Assembly: GCF_036971445.1 (NCBI RefSeq)
Contig: NC_091472.1
Coordinates: 81,530,001 to 81,594,000 of the forward strand
DNA from: Narcine bancroftii
Lineage: Eukaryota
Length of the DNA stretch: 64,000 bases
Direction: 5' to 3'
Shown piece after piece: positions 1 through 12,978 of this stretch. The translations under genes and the position numbers were made by a program. Below the pieces are notes generated by a model. It had not been told where the DNA came from, searched no databases, and saw only the letters and a program-made list of their open reading frames with translations. Numbering within the stretch: the stretch's first letter is position 1; the number at the start of each line of letters is the position of its first letter.

Positions 1-285
1 GATCTTCTTTCCCTCAGCTCTCTACCCCCTTCCCTCTCTATTGACTTCACCATCCCCCCTCCTCCTCCCACTTGCTGCTGTGTCTTCCCTCCCTTCTCTG
101 CTTATTATCTTCTGCCTTTGGGACCATGCTCCTCCCCTCCCCCTTACCTTTTTGTTCAGACACCTGCCATCGTTGTTCCATACCTTGGTGAAGGGCTCAA
201 GCCCTAAATGTCAGTTCTGTACTTTTATATTTGCTATATAAAGGACACTGTTTGCCCTGAGTTTCTCCAGCATGGTGTTTTGACT
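1..285 (+). mobile_element. Penelope-like element terminal fragment
   Basis: Pyrimidine-rich tract followed by CCATACCTTGGTGAAGGGCTCAAGCCC...CTGAGTTTCTCCAGCA, closely matching the end (about 51640-51920) of the GIY-YIG-bearing copy in this window. Confidence 0.65.
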
Positions 286-1254
286 CAAACTATTTATACT
301 GAGATTTTATGGTGAAAAATGAATGTTCCAGGCTCAATGACAAAATAGACTGATTATGGGACTCTCCTATTAGAATTTATATAAAAGGATTCAGAATTCA
401 GTATAACTATGTGTAGGAACATAGTGCAAAGGCTGGCTATGCTTAAAGATATTCCACAATGTACCTTATGTCTTAATGCAGCAGTGAGATATGAGATATA
501 CCTTTTCATATACATAATATTGGCCACAGATGTTTGATTTTTCTCAAATCGCAGGTGTCCAGTACTAATCATCCTGGTCAAGTCCTTCTGAACCGAAGGA
601 ACATCCTGCCTCTCTTCATTCGTCCTTGAAGTAGCAGCACTAGCTAACAGCTGAGTGCTGCTTACATGGTGCATGCACCCCTCAACAGCTGACATCCCAG
701 ATCTCAGCTAACTGCCAGCATCCATGAGCTGCTGTAATACATTAATAGTTTGCACTGGAAGTAATGTGACATGGAAACCCAAAAAGGCTGCTTTGTAAAC
801 TTAGTGCTTGAAGTTCACGATCTTTAAGAATTTTGTAAAAGGTTGCTGGAGTGACACACAGTAAGAATTTTAATCCCTTTAAAAATAGGAAAGGAATTTC
901 AAAAATGTTACATTTCTTTTGCACTGATTTGTCTTACAATCACAGATTGAATTTCCAGAACAAAGATTATTTTTCAACATGGATTATGGTTGTCTGGCAC
1001 CAAATATGCAAGTTTGTAAATCAGAGATGGCCATTCAGCCCATCAAGACATCATGCATCTGGTAAGATTATGGTTGATTTGATTGCAGCCTTAACTCCAC
1101 TTACCCACATTTTGCATATATGGTTATGATTTAGAAGGAAGCCATTCTGCCTATTGAGTCTTTGATGACTCTTAGAGAAACTCCATCACTTCTATATCTT
1201 GTAACCTATTCTCTCCTACAAGCCCATTAATTCCATCCTGAATTTTCTTACCAT

Positions 1255-1345
1255 TCAATTGAAGTATCAGTCAATGCATCTTTGGGATGTAGGAGTACAC
1301 CAGAGTCCTTGGGTGAAAACCATTCTATCATGGGGAGAAAATGCA
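1255..1345 (-). mobile_element. decayed V-SINE/HE1-like SINE fragment
   Basis: CATCTTTGGGATGTAGGAG...GAAAACC...CATGGGGAGAA resembles the SINE core at 47770-47835 and 62100-62160. Confidence 0.5.
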
Positions 1346-1379
1346 TGAAGATCCCTCTGCATTTCAAAGATCTGCAAAT

Positions 1380-1655
1380 TATCAGAATTTAAAGAAAGTA
1401 ATTATTTTTTTTCCCTGACAGCATGGATAATTTCACATTTCTCCAAATTATACTCTACATACCATATCTCTGTCCACCACGTAACCAATTTACATTCTCT
1501 TCCAGTCTAATTATGCCCTCTTCACAACTTACTTTCCTATCATCACTGTTTTAAAACTAGTTTCACAACCATGCCTTAGGTACCTTCTCCCAAGCATTTT
1601 ATATAAATGGTAAAAGTTGCCACCTCAGCAATAATCCTTGTTACACATCATTTGA
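1380..1655 (-). mobile_element. old CR1 LINE RT fragment
   Basis: Degenerate similarity to the CR1 copies at 4250-4394 and 63820-64000 (TTTCACATTTCTCCAAATTATACTC...). Confidence 0.45.
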
Positions 1656-1659
1656 TATA

Positions 1660-1872
1660 CGGTGCCCTCTATAATGTTTGGGACAAAGACACTTTTTTTT
1701 TATTTATTTGCTCCAGTGCTCCACAATTTTAAATTTGCAGTCAAACAATTCACATGTGATTAAAGTGCACATTCCAGATTTTATTCAAGGTTTTTTTGTA
1801 TACATTTTGGATTGACCATGGAGAAATTACAGCAATCTTTATACTTAGTCCCCACATTTCCAGGCACCTATA
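1660..1872 (+). mobile_element. Tc1-like DNA transposon left terminal region
   Basis: TA followed by CGGTGCCCTCTATAATGTTTGGGACAAAGAC, a typical Tc1 CAGTG-type terminus. Tc1 transposase remnants resume at about 9135. Confidence 0.7.
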
Positions 1873-2446
1873 AGATACAACCACTGATTTAATTACAGTA
1901 AATGAAAAACTTTCTAGTAAAATGGATATCTTGAAGAATTTTAGCAGAAGAGATAATATTAAAATAGTAGGTCCATCAGAAGGGAAAGAAGACCCAGATG
2001 TGGCTCATTTTTTTCAAGATTGGATTCTTAAATTGAGCTGCTTTAAAATAATTCTTAAAATTTGGTAGTCTTAGTCCACCTTGATCAAATTTCTGGGGAA
2101 CAGAATATATTTTTTACCAGTTTTGCTCAAGCAGAAGAATATGTTTGGAGTCTTCCTCAACCCTTAATTATTACAGACCTGATGCAATGAATTAGTTCTT
2201 TTTTTCTTTCTTTTATCTTGATTTCCTAAACTGGATGGAAGAATTTGGTGTTTTATTTCTTCCTTCATTATTCAATTAAATTAAGTGATTAAAGCTTATA
2301 ATATTGAATATACCAATGTAGTTGGGAGGAGTGGGAGGTGTTGTTTTCTATGGGATTATGTGTGTATTTGTGACCTTGGTCAAAAGCCGTAAAATGGAGG
2401 AAATTAGTGTTGTTTTAGTCAACACTTATTGGGAGGGTTTTTCTTT

Positions 2447-2599
2447 NNNNNNNNNNNNNNNNNNNNNNNNNNNNNNNNNNNNNNNNNNNNNNNNNNNNNN
2501 NNNNNNNNNNNNNNNNNNNNNNNNNNNNNNNNNNNNNNNNNNNNNNNNNNNNNNNNNNNNNNNNNNNNNNNNNNNNNNNNNNNNNNNNNNNNNNNNNNN
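2447..2599. other. assembly gap (153 N)
   Basis: Run of N inside the L1 inter-ORF region. Confidence 0.99.
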
Positions 2600-3486
2600 T
2601 TTTGTCTTCTTTGGATTGCTGGAGGAGGTGCGTGCAGATGCATTGATTCCATTTATTGGATTGTGGGGTGGCCTGTGGGATGGAATGAGGGAGAGGGATT
2701 AATTAATATTTAGTTTGATGAGTAAAGTAATTAAATTTGTACATTTTAATGTTAATGGGTTAAACGGGTAAATAAAGAGAAAGAGAGTGTTAACATATAT
2801 TTTAAAATGGGGAGTAGATATAGCTTTTTTTACAAGAAAGATATTTAACCAAAAATGAACATTGGAAATTAAACAGAGATTGTGTAGGATATGTGTTGCC
2901 TTCTTCATTTAATTCTAAAGCAAGAGGGATAGCAATTTTAATTTAAAAAAATCTTCCTATTAAGGTTCAAAATATTATTACAGACCCTGAAGATAGATAT
3001 GTAATGATACATTATCAATATTTTTCAGAAATGTGGACACTTTTGAATTTGTATGATCCAAATATTGATGGTGAGATACTTTTAAAAATTTAGCAGAGGC
3101 ACATGAAAATATTTTAATAGGAGGAGATTTTAATTTTTGTTTAGATCCTTTGTTAGATAGATCTACTCATCTAACAAGAAGAATGAAAGCTGCTAAAGCT
3201 ACATTGGGTCTGATGAGAGATTTGAATTTGATTGATGTATGGAGAAAGATTATTCATTGTATTCTAATAGATTTGATTCTTATTCTAGAACTTATTTATT
3301 TTTGGTTTTCGCTCAAATACAAGGTAGAATTCTTGAAGCGGATTATAAGACAAGGATTTTATCTGATCATTCACCTTTGTTAATAACTTTGGAAATGCTT
3401 GACAAAGATAAATCGATATATAGATCGAGATTAAATTCTCTGACATTGAAAAGGAAAGATTTTTGTGACTTTGTTCAAAATCATAT

Positions 3487-4394
3487 AACCATCTAACAAT
3501 TACAGTACAGAAACAGGTCATATCGGCCCTTCTAGTACGCACCAATTTACGTGAAACTCCAACTAGTTCCACCTACCTATTCCCTGCCCATAACCCTCCA
3601 ACCCTCTCACATCCATGTACTCATCTAACCTCTTCTTAAATGATAGAATTTACCCTGCCACAACTACCTGTTCCAGAAGGTCAATCCACTCAGCCACCAC
3701 TCTTCAAGTGAAGAAGCATCCTCTTATATTACTTCTAAAATGTTGCTCCCTAACTCTTAACTTATGACCCCTTGTTCCAATCTCCCCTACCCTCAGGGTA
3801 AAGAGTCTATTCACATCTACTATATCTATTCCCTTCTTAATTTTAAATACCTTTATCAAATCCCCTCTTCAACCTTCTATGCTCCAGTGAATAAAATCCC
3901 AGTCTACTCAATCTTTCTCTGTATTCTAGATACTGCAATCCAGCCAGCATTTTAGTAATCCTTCTTTGCACCCTCTCTACCTCTTTTATATTCTTCCTAT
4001 AATTTGGTGACTAGAACTGCACACAATATTCCAAACTTGGCCTCACCAATGCCTTAAACAGTTTCAACATCACCTTCCGGCTCCTATATTCAATGCTATG
4101 ATTTATAAAGGCCAGCATACCAAAAGCCTTCTTCACCACCCTATCTACATGGGAATCTGCCTTCAAGGAATGATGAACCATTATTCCAATATCCTTCTGT
4201 TCCTCTGCATTCCTCAAAGCCCTCCCCTTCATTGCATACATCCTATTTTGGTTATTTTTCCCAAAATGAAGCACCTCACACTTATCTACATTAAACTCCA
4301 TCTGCCACCTTTCAGCCCACTCTTCCAAGTAGTCCAAATCCTTCTGCAGTCCATGAAAACCCACCTCACTATCCACAACTCCCCCTATTTTTGT
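3487..4394 (-). mobile_element. 5'-truncated CR1 LINE inserted in L1 ORF2
   Basis: ORF 4011-4376 (LQKDLDYLEEWAERWQMEFNVDKCEVLHFG...LVRPSLEYCVQF) is the CR1 RT C-terminus. ATCATAT occurs on both sides (3480-3486, 4395-4401) and the L1 resumes afterwards. Confidence 0.92.
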
Positions 4395-5727
4395 ATCATA
4401 TTAGAATATTTTGTGATACAAATTTGATTTTGATAAATGATAAATTTATTATACAGGATGCTTTAAAAGCATATTTCTGAGGGAAAATTATGATTTACAT
4501 CTAAAATTAAAAAGGATTATATGAAAGAAGTATATCAATTAGAAAAAGAAATTACAGATTTAGAAAAAGATCCTCACAAGTCCGTTTCTGAAGACAAACG
4601 CAGATATTGATTAATAAAAAGCTTAATTATAATGCATTGTAAACTTATAGAACTGAGAAAGTTATTATTAGGATGAGGCAAAGATATTATAAATTGGGTG
4701 AAAGATCACATAAAGTTTTGACTTGGCAATTAACAGCGGAGCAAGCTTCAAGAATAATTAATGCAATAAAAAAGGATACTATGAAATTACATATAAATCT
4801 CAAGAAATAAATGAATCTTTTAGGAATTTTTATATGAAATTATATACTTCAGAATTTTTAGGATATGAAACTAAAATAAATGATCACAGATATTATTTCC
4901 TAGATTAAGTTTAGAAGAACAAGTTAAATTTGGTGCACAGTTTACAGAAGCAGAAGTAAGAGAAGAAATGAATTCTTTACATAGTAATAAAAGTCCAGGA
5001 GAATATGGTTTCCCATCTGATTTTTATAAAGAATTTAAGGATTTATTAATTCCTATATTTTTGCAAATATTGGATCAAGCTTCACAAACTTCTACTCTTC
5101 CAGAATCATTTTTGATGGCAATAATTACTGTGATTCCTAAAAAAGACAAAGATCCTTTGAAGCCTTCATCATATAGACCTATTTCATTATTAAATATAGA
5201 TTATTAAATAGTAGCAAAAGTTTTGCAAATAGAATGAATAATTTTTTACCTAAATTCATTAATATGGATCAGACAGGGTTTGTTAAAAAAAGACAATCTT
5301 CAGAAAATGTAGTTAGATTGCTTAGCGAAATTCACTTATTGTAAAAAAGAGGTGATTTGAGTTTTGCAGGAATTCTAGATGCAAAAAAGGCATTTGATAG
5401 ATTAGAATGGGATTTTTGTTTAAGGTATTAGAAAAGTTTGGGTTTGGATTTTTTTTTAAATTGGGTTAAAGCATTATATAATAGTCCTAAAGCTAAAGTA
5501 GTAACAAATGGACAGATATCTATGCCATTTAAATTAACAAGATCAAGTAAACAAGAATGTCCCTTGTCACCATCTTTATTTGCTTTAGCTATAGAACCGC
5601 TTGCCCAGATTATTTGCTCAGATTTACAAATTAAGGGCTTTACGGTAGGTCAAGAGGAACACAAAATCAGTTTATTTACAGATGATGTTTTAATATATTT
5701 GACAGAATCTGAGTCATCTTTACATAA

Positions 5728-6077
5728 GCCGCTTTCAGGTGGAACAGTTGGGAGAATGCAGCTCCAGAGCCAGCTGCGGGTGTGTGCGAAGCGACATTCA
5801 GGTGGCAGCACTGAAGGTGCTGTTCTGGTACCTGAAAGGTCCACAGCAGGGAGAGGCACCGCAGAGCAAATGCCAGCTCCTGTCGACCTTGGCTGTTGTC
5901 CCACCTGCTTTCAAGTGCCTAGGGGAGCGCTCAGAAGCGGAGAATACACCTACCCAAGGATGGTTGGGTAAGTACTCCTTGGGTCAGGGTTCTCTGCTTT
6001 CAGATGGCCTCCGAACAGCAGCATTTGGGTATTTTAGGTGGCTTTATGTTGAGGTATTCTGGCCACCTGAAAGTGGC
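5728..6077. mobile_element. GC-rich MITE, probably PIF/Harbinger type
   Basis: TIRs GCCGCTTTCAGGTGG and CCACCTGAAAGTGGC (14/15 complementary), flanked by TAA and TAC. It interrupts the L1 RT and has internal TTCAGGTGG-like repeats. Confidence 0.8.
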
Positions 6078-6666
6078 TACTGATTATATGCCCAACTGGA
6101 AGATTATGGGAAAGTTTCAGGTTATTACATAAATTGGGCTAAAAGTCAAATTATGCCTTTGACAGTAGGCAACTACACCCAGTATCTGAGAGATATGCAG
6201 TTTAAATAGCCAAAGGAAGGTATTAAATATTTAGGAATACGTACAGATAAAAATTTATATAAATTTAATTAATTATCTTTACTTAAAAATATTGAATTTT
6301 AAAAATTGATAAATTTATCTATATCTTTAGTTGGAAAGGTGAATTATATAAAGATGAATGTATTCTCAAGGTTAACAATATCATTTTCAGTTTCCAATAT
6401 TTATACTTCAAAAATTTTTTTCAATAAATTAATAAACAAATAAGGAAATTTCTTTGGAAAGGTAAAATGGCAAGAGTTTCTATAGAGAAGTTAACATGGG
6501 AATATGAATTAGGAGGACTACATCTCCCTAATATTAAGATTTTTTATTGAGTAGCACAGATGAGATTCCTTGCTTCTCTATTTGAAATGGGTTAGCATTG
6601 AACTGAATAAAATTAGAGAAATCAAATCCAAAGAATGTATATATCAAAATTGATGGTTGCTGATAA

Positions 6667-7064
6667 TATAATGGATAAATATTGGGAGAATTTGGTAAGA
6701 TTAGAGTGGGTTACTTACATACACGCATTTTAAAACAGGTCTTACTTGAAAGACAAAAGAATTCATATTCAGTGAACTTTATAGAAACAATGGAGAATGC
6801 TATGCACATTTCAGAGGTAGGTGCTAATTGAACCGACATCATGAAATGAATAGACCATTGACTTGGATTGGAGACAGGCTGGCTGGTTGATTAACTACAA
6901 GGCTTCTGACCTTTTTACAAAATGTTCACAGAAAGGTCACCCCTGGGTTTTGTTTATCTAAGACAACAGCTTGACCAAGAAGGAGAACTCCTGTGGTTTG
7001 CTGAAGAAGGTGGGGGTTTTTGCAAGTGAGAGAGTCACATGGGATTTCTAGCAATTGGGAGTTG

Positions 7065-7143
<79 letters not shown>

Positions 7144-7793
7144 ATGGGAGGAGATAAGCTCAACAACTTTTCTCAGCCAGTGTGTGTGGAACACTGAAAG
7201 CAGCTGAACAGTGAAAGCTGATTGGAAAAAGAAAGCTCCAGAGTGGTGGATGGCTGGGAGTGCTATCTGTCTGATGTTTCTCTTGGAATAAGTGGAACAG
7301 AACAGAACTCTGTGGTGTCCTAAAAGAAAGAGGTTACCACCTGGAGAACCCTGATGGGGCAAGTTTCATCAGTGAGACATTGAGGTACCTCAGTTGTGGA
7401 AATCCTGGAACAACAAATCTCTCTATGCAAACCCTACAAAAACCTTCCTGAGCAGTAAACAATTACCTTTCGATCACCAAAGCCTGGTGAACTTGATACA
7501 TGTTAAATTCTGTGCACAGTATAAGAATTGCCTGCAACCAGAAAATTTGGAAGAAGGAGAAGTGAGATTGAACTGTGAACCAAAGAACTTTTCTTAAATT
7601 TACACACATATCATACACGTCGCTTAGAATGAGAAGGGGGTTAATTTAGGTTAGTTAAGTTAATAGAGATAAGTTAAAGTTTGATTCTATTTTCATGTTT
7701 AAAGTTAATTAAAAACAACTTTTGTTTAAATTACCATTTGTCTTGGTGAATATCTATTGTTGCTGGGTTTTGGGGTCCTTTGGGCTCATAACA
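6667..7793 (+). mobile_element. solo LTR with internal (GA)n
   Basis: 4-bp TSD ATAA (6663-6666, 7794-7797); ends TATAATG...CATAACA. Removing it restores L1 ORF2 (LMVADKDTLLLKHL). The 3' half is homologous to 24265-25351. Strand is tentative. Confidence 0.85.
7067..7135. repeat. (GA)n microsatellite
   Basis: Perfect GA run inside the solo LTR. Confidence 0.98.
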
Positions 7794-9134
7794 ATAAAGA
7801 CACACTGCTATTGAAGCATTTACTCAACGTTTTGAATAAAATGAATCAAGATATTGGTGGAGGGTCTTTATCATCTAAAATGCCATTGATTAACCCTTTT
7901 TTGGTCTTTTCAAGATAATAATTTCTTAAATTTGTGGTATTGGTATTGTAAAGAAATTGTTAATGTGGAAGACTGCTATAAGAAAGGACAATTAATGTCA
8001 TTTGAACAATTGAGGAACAAATATGATATACCACGTACTACTCTTTTTTGTTATTTTCAAGGAAGGGCATATTTGAGAGATAAATTAGGGTCAGCAATAT
8101 TTTTGTCCAATTGTTCATATGTAGAACCTCTTATTAGAAGTGGGAATGTCAAAAAATGTATTTGTTTGATATATTCATTATTGCAATTAAAAACTCCTAA
8201 ATTAGGATTTTATAGGTCTAGGCAGAGATGGGAAACAGATTTGAATATTATAATAGATCAAGAAAATTAAGAAAATTTATGTAGAGGTTCTATGACTAAT
8301 AACTATTATTGTAAGGTAAAGATTAGTTCAATACAATTTTTTACATCAATTATATCTTACTCCACAGAAGTTGAATGGATTGAAATCAGATTTATGAGAT
8401 CAATGTTTTAGATGTGGTGAGGATATAAGATAGTTCATACATTCAACATGGTCTTGTCCGAATGTGAGACCCTTTTGGATGTCTATAAGTAATTTATTGC
8501 AACAAGTTACAGGAACTGTTTTTCCATTAAATCCTGACCTATTTTTATTAGGAAATATTGAAGGCACAACTTCTAAATTGAAATTATCAATTTATAAATT
8601 GAAATTTGTTAAATTAGCATTAGCAGTTTTGAGAAAATGTATTGGAATTACTTGGAAATTGAATATATCTTTAACATTGCTAAGGTGGGATGATGAAATT
8701 TAAAGTTGTATCCCTTTGGGGAAAAAATCACTTATAATCTAAGAAATAAAATATTCTATGTTTTTACAAATTTGCCACCTATATAATCAGGTAATTGGAT
8801 TAAATTCATAGTGATATTATTTTTACCCCTCTGGCCCTGCAGAATCTTCCTCTATTGCTTGTGTTAGAACTGATGAGTTGTGCTGCCTGACATCTCTCTC
8901 TCTGCAATCCAAGATTCTTCATGACTTTTCCTTTTTCTATCTTTTTATATATTATTTTTAGTTTTCAATTTGTATTTTTCTTCTTTTTTTGGGGTGGGAG
9001 GTTGGGTGGGAGGGAGGGGTTTTGGGGTGGGTTGAAAGCCATCATGTATGTAATCAATTTATTCTTTTTGGATATCTGTATATTATAATAATCATTGTTA
9101 CTACATGTATGGAGAATTTTTAAAAAATATTAAA

Positions 9135-9378
9135 ATAGGAGGCACATGTGGATATGTTAATGACTACTGTCCGCAGAAAACTTCGCAGATAGAAGTACAG
9201 AGGCTACATTGAAAGATGCAAACCATAGCAAAGGTGATAAGCTTTGGATCTTGGGCAGTTCCTTCACACCTCCACACTTTGCTCTTGCCATCATTCTGAT
9301 ACAGGTTAATCATGGTCTCATCTGTCCACAATACCTTTTTCCAGAATTCTGCAAGCTCTTTTAAATGCTTCTTGGCCT
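9135..9378. pseudogene. Tc1 transposase remnant with local inversion
   Basis: Plus strand 9135-9228 reads MTTVRRKLRR*KYRGYIERCKP. Minus strand 9235-9378 reads AKKHLKELAEFWKKVLWTDETMINLYQNDGKSKVWRCEGTAQDPK, including the first catalytic Asp motif WTDE. Confidence 0.85.
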
Positions 9379-9434
9379 CTGTATTATAGTAAAAGCCTTA
9401 CAAATGCAAAATTTAGAAGGTGAAGTAGATTTTT

Positions 9435-9660
9435 TTCTATCTATCTGTGTATTTATCATATTTATTTATACACTTGCCTTTCTATCACTCTGCTTAACCC
9501 TTCAATGAACTATTTTTCAGTCCATCTAATTATCTATGTCTACCTTTCTATCTCTCTACCTGTCAGTCTTACTAAATATCTATCTATCCATCTATCTATC
9601 CATCTTTTTGTCTATCTATCTTTCCTCTTTCCATCTGCCATATCTATAATCTCTAAATCC
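9435..9660. repeat. degenerate (TCTA)n simple repeat
   Basis: Recurrent TCTATCTATC / TCCATCTATC units. Confidence 0.7.
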
Positions 9661-10824
9661 AAGTATATATTTGGACAACAATAAGGAATTTATATTATCC
9701 AGTAATTGTTGTTTAATTATTCCAAGTGCACAACAACCATATTATTGAAGACTGTAAGAATTTATTTACCACAGCAATAATTATCTACCAGAATGTTAGT
9801 GAATAGTCTCTGCAAGCTGTAGTTCAATTAGCAGCTGTGCTGTTCAGAGAAAGGAATGCAAGCATAAGCATGAGTAGAAGTCTGCTAAAACTAGGAGCTC
9901 TTGACAGTGCTAATACCCTTGTCATATGATAATCATTTGATCAGGCACAACATCAAGCAGTGGCGATAATTCACTTTGATTATCACTGTTCTATTTTTAT
10001 TGGCATTTTAAGGCACAGATCAAAGCCCAAGGGCAAGAGGCATTTGATGGTGAATATCTTCTTGGTTATTAATCGAGATTAGGACAGCATCCGATTTCAG
10101 ACTATTCAGGCTCATTACTGACAATACATTCCAAGCATTCAGATGGATACATTTGTCCCAGTTTTCTGTACATGCAAACTTATAGTTCTTTCTGCAGAGT
10201 AAATGTATCTCAGCTGTAGAATGGTTGGATGTTTCCTTCTGTAACTAAAATATCCTCTGATCTATCCTTCAAGCTCACATCTCCCCTTGCCAGTCATTTG
10301 ATCCTACTTCACTTGATCTCTCTGTCGATGGAATTAAAAGCTGAATGTATCGCAGAAACACCATCCTTGGCAGTAATTATTTTCTTACACTAGCGGACTT
10401 ATGTTTCAATAGAAGCCTAGGTGCCTTGTAAGCTTGTGAAGAAACTCCGTCAGTGCAGAAGCTCAATCTCTCCTCTGTGCATGCTTTGTTTCATAAAGAT
10501 CTGAAATGACTAGCATCCTATCACTTTAAAGGGCTTTCAGGTTCTTTATGCTGAAAGGTTATTGGAGTCCAATTATGAACAATGAAAAATATTGGAAGAA
10601 TTTTGTTTTCTCAACTATGTTGAGTATTAGCAGTGCGAATCTGTGAAGAGCAAAATACAATTTACTACAAGAACTCAGTGGTTGAGCAGTATCAGTGGGC
10701 AGCTACCAGTTTTCCAATATTACCAGCTATCTATCTATCCATCTATACCAAAAGTACTTTACTCACTCAAATGATGTCATTTTCAAGTTGGCTGTCGTTC
10801 GATCAATGCTGAGGTTAGAGATGT

Positions 10825-12130
10825 TTGCAAGCTACATCGATAATATGGATAAGGGGATTAAGCATAATATATCCAAAGCAAAAGAAAAATGCCTGTAGGA
10901 CTTGGAAATCTAAAATAAAAACACAAATTCAGGAGATACTCTGCAATCATTTAGCATCTGTTTTGAGAACAACAATGTTATTATTACAGATTGATGACCT
11001 TTCATCAGAAATTTGCTGATCATTCAAAGCTGTGCAGGTGTATGGATGCAGAAGTAAATGAATGGGAAAGAACTATGTTGATGGGATATAATGTGGGAAA
11101 ACATTGTCAAGTTTGGTTGAGAAAAATATAAAAGGCCAAGCATTTTTCAGATTGTGTGCATTTGATACTTGGTAATGTATATGAACCACTGAAGGTTAAA
11201 ATGCAGATGTGGCAAGGAAACAATATAACCATATAACAATTACAGCATGGAAACAGGCCAATTTGGCCCTTCTAGTCCGCACTGATTCAAGTACCCTCAC
11301 TTACCAGCACTCTGCCCATATCCCTCCATCCCCCTCCCATCCATATACTTATCCAACTCTTTCTTAAACAACAAAATTGACCCTGCCTTAACCACCTTTC
11401 CTGGAAGCCCATTCCACACAGTAATCACTCTCTGAGTAAAGAAGTTCCCCCTCATGTAACTCCTAAACCTTTGCCCATCAACTCTCAACCCATGACCTCT
11501 TGTATCCATCTCTCCTACTCTCAATGGGAAAAGCCTTTCCACATCAACTCTATCTATCCCTCTCATTATCTTAAACACCTCTATCAAATCCCCTCTCAGC
11601 TTTCTAATTTTCAAGGAATAAAGACCTAATTTGCTCAATCTTTTCTTGTATTCCAGATGCTGAAACCCAGGCAACATTTTTGTAAATCTTCTCTGCACTC
11701 TCTCTATCTTGTTAATATCCTTCCTTTAAATCGGTGACCAGAACTGCACACAGTACTCTAAATTTGACCTCACCAAATATGCTGGCATTTATCACAAGGA
11801 AATCTAGATACTGAAGACATATCACTAGAATTTACAATAAAATTGCATTTAGGTCTGAACCCCTTACCCAAAGAAGGCTAGAACAGTATTTGCAACAGAT
11901 TCACCAGATTGATTAGTGGAGTGTGTTTTATCCTTTTACGATACCTAAACTCGCTAGAGTTTAGAAGAATATAAGGTTACCTCATTAAAATATATAAAAT
12001 TATTTCAGGGCATGAGAGCATAAATGCAGGGATGATGTTTCCTTTAAGTGGAGTATCTAGAAACAAGGGGTCACGGTCTCAAAATTAGGGGTCAACCATT
12101 CAGAACTGAGGTGAGAAGAATTTTCTTCAT
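10825..12130 (+). mobile_element. old CR1 LINE, fragmented and split by a younger CR1
   Basis: Degenerate CR1 3' ORF (ATGCTGGCATTTATCACAAGG; AGAACAAGGGGTCACGGTCTCAAAATTAGGGG...AGAATTTTCTTCA). Confidence 0.65.
11227..11775 (-). mobile_element. 5'-truncated CR1 LINE
   Basis: ORF 11297-11698 (QRRFTKMLPG...RGDLIEVFKIMRG...TRGHGLRV...NFFTQRVITVWNGLP) is the CR1 C-terminus. The tail is the same as in the 3487 copy. Confidence 0.93.
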
Positions 12131-12978
12131 CGCATCTTATTTCTTATGTTCTTGTGTTTTTTTTTAAAAGGAAACAATCCACTTCAGTTTTCAAAGTCGA
12201 ATATTAAACTTTCAAATGTAATTTTTTAAAATATAGATCATTGCCCGGGAATTGTCAACAGGCTAATTAATTGCAAAGAAATTGATCTTGGTAACAGAGT
12301 ATTGCAGAGAAAGATGAAGGGTAAACCCCTGTCTAGAATCAGTTAGTGCTATAATTCTGCGATGGTTGATTTTGAGTCTGTTGTAATTCACAGCATTTCA
12401 AATGACAAACTGGATGATAGCTGTTGATATACCATGTTGTCTGATGACCTCAAGCAACAAAGAAAGAACAAGCATGGGGAATATGGTGACAAATAAAGAG
12501 ATCTGGATTAAGTGGACATGGACCTGAACATGGACAAAGATTTTAGTAGAGACAAATATGAGGTTCTACAGATTTCAACAGGATTGTGAAACCATATACA
12601 AAACAGAAAGGGCTACTTTGATTAGCTAGAGCCACTATCCAACGATAGAAACATCGACATGATAAAAAATCTGCTCCCTGATTTCATTGTTCTTATTCTT
12701 GGGTCATAAAGTCATATCTTGCTGATTTGACTTTGGCACTTGGAAATTTTGGACAATGATGGAATTAGACTAAAAGAGTGAAAATTGAATGAATCAAAGC
12801 AAATTACAATTTCCATGCAATCTCATACATAAGGAAACATGGGAGCAGAAAGAGGCCATTTAGGTCTGCTGTACCATACTGCCATTTAATGAGATCATGG
12901 CTAATATATGAGCTGACTTCATACTTGTCTTTGCCTTATTTCCCTTAATAACTTTTACTAATAGAAATCCATGAAACT

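Larger units (their letters stand above)
2718..8810 (+). pseudogene. L1 ORF2 (endonuclease/reverse transcriptase), disrupted
   Basis: ORF fragments 3150, 3239, 4968, 5438, 7932 and 8464 are collinear pieces of ORF2. The EN and C-terminal pieces are homologous to the ORFs at 33402-35808. Confidence 0.9.
1885..9135 (+). mobile_element. decayed L1-clade LINE (ORF1 remnant, ORF2, 3' UTR) with three nested insertions
   Basis: ORF1 motif LKNFSRRDNIKIVG near 1930. ORF2 starts near 2718 with AP-endonuclease motifs (GGDFN, LSDHSPL). RT motifs: KSPGEYG, SSYRPISLLNIDY, AFDRLEW, QECPLSP, SLFTDD. Cys/His C-terminus near 8400-8460. T-rich 3' UTR. Many stops and frameshifts. Confidence 0.93.

Noticed and set aside
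354-695. 113-aa minus-strand ORF
   Set aside because: No recognisable domain, no ATG start and no convincing splice context.
2322-2713. ORFs spanning X runs
   Set aside because: Artefacts of the N gap.
5438-6083. ORFs of 177, 114 and 84 aa with novel-looking sequence
   Set aside because: They are an L1 RT fragment reading into, or frames within, a GC-rich MITE, not host genes.
7048-7362. ORFs with SLSLSL or ERERER runs (also 24498-24826)
   Set aside because: These are translations of (GA)n microsatellites.
10385-10500. Possible minus-strand exon between TTTCAG and GTAAGA
   Set aside because: Stops in all three frames; at most a non-coding exon, with no supporting evidence.
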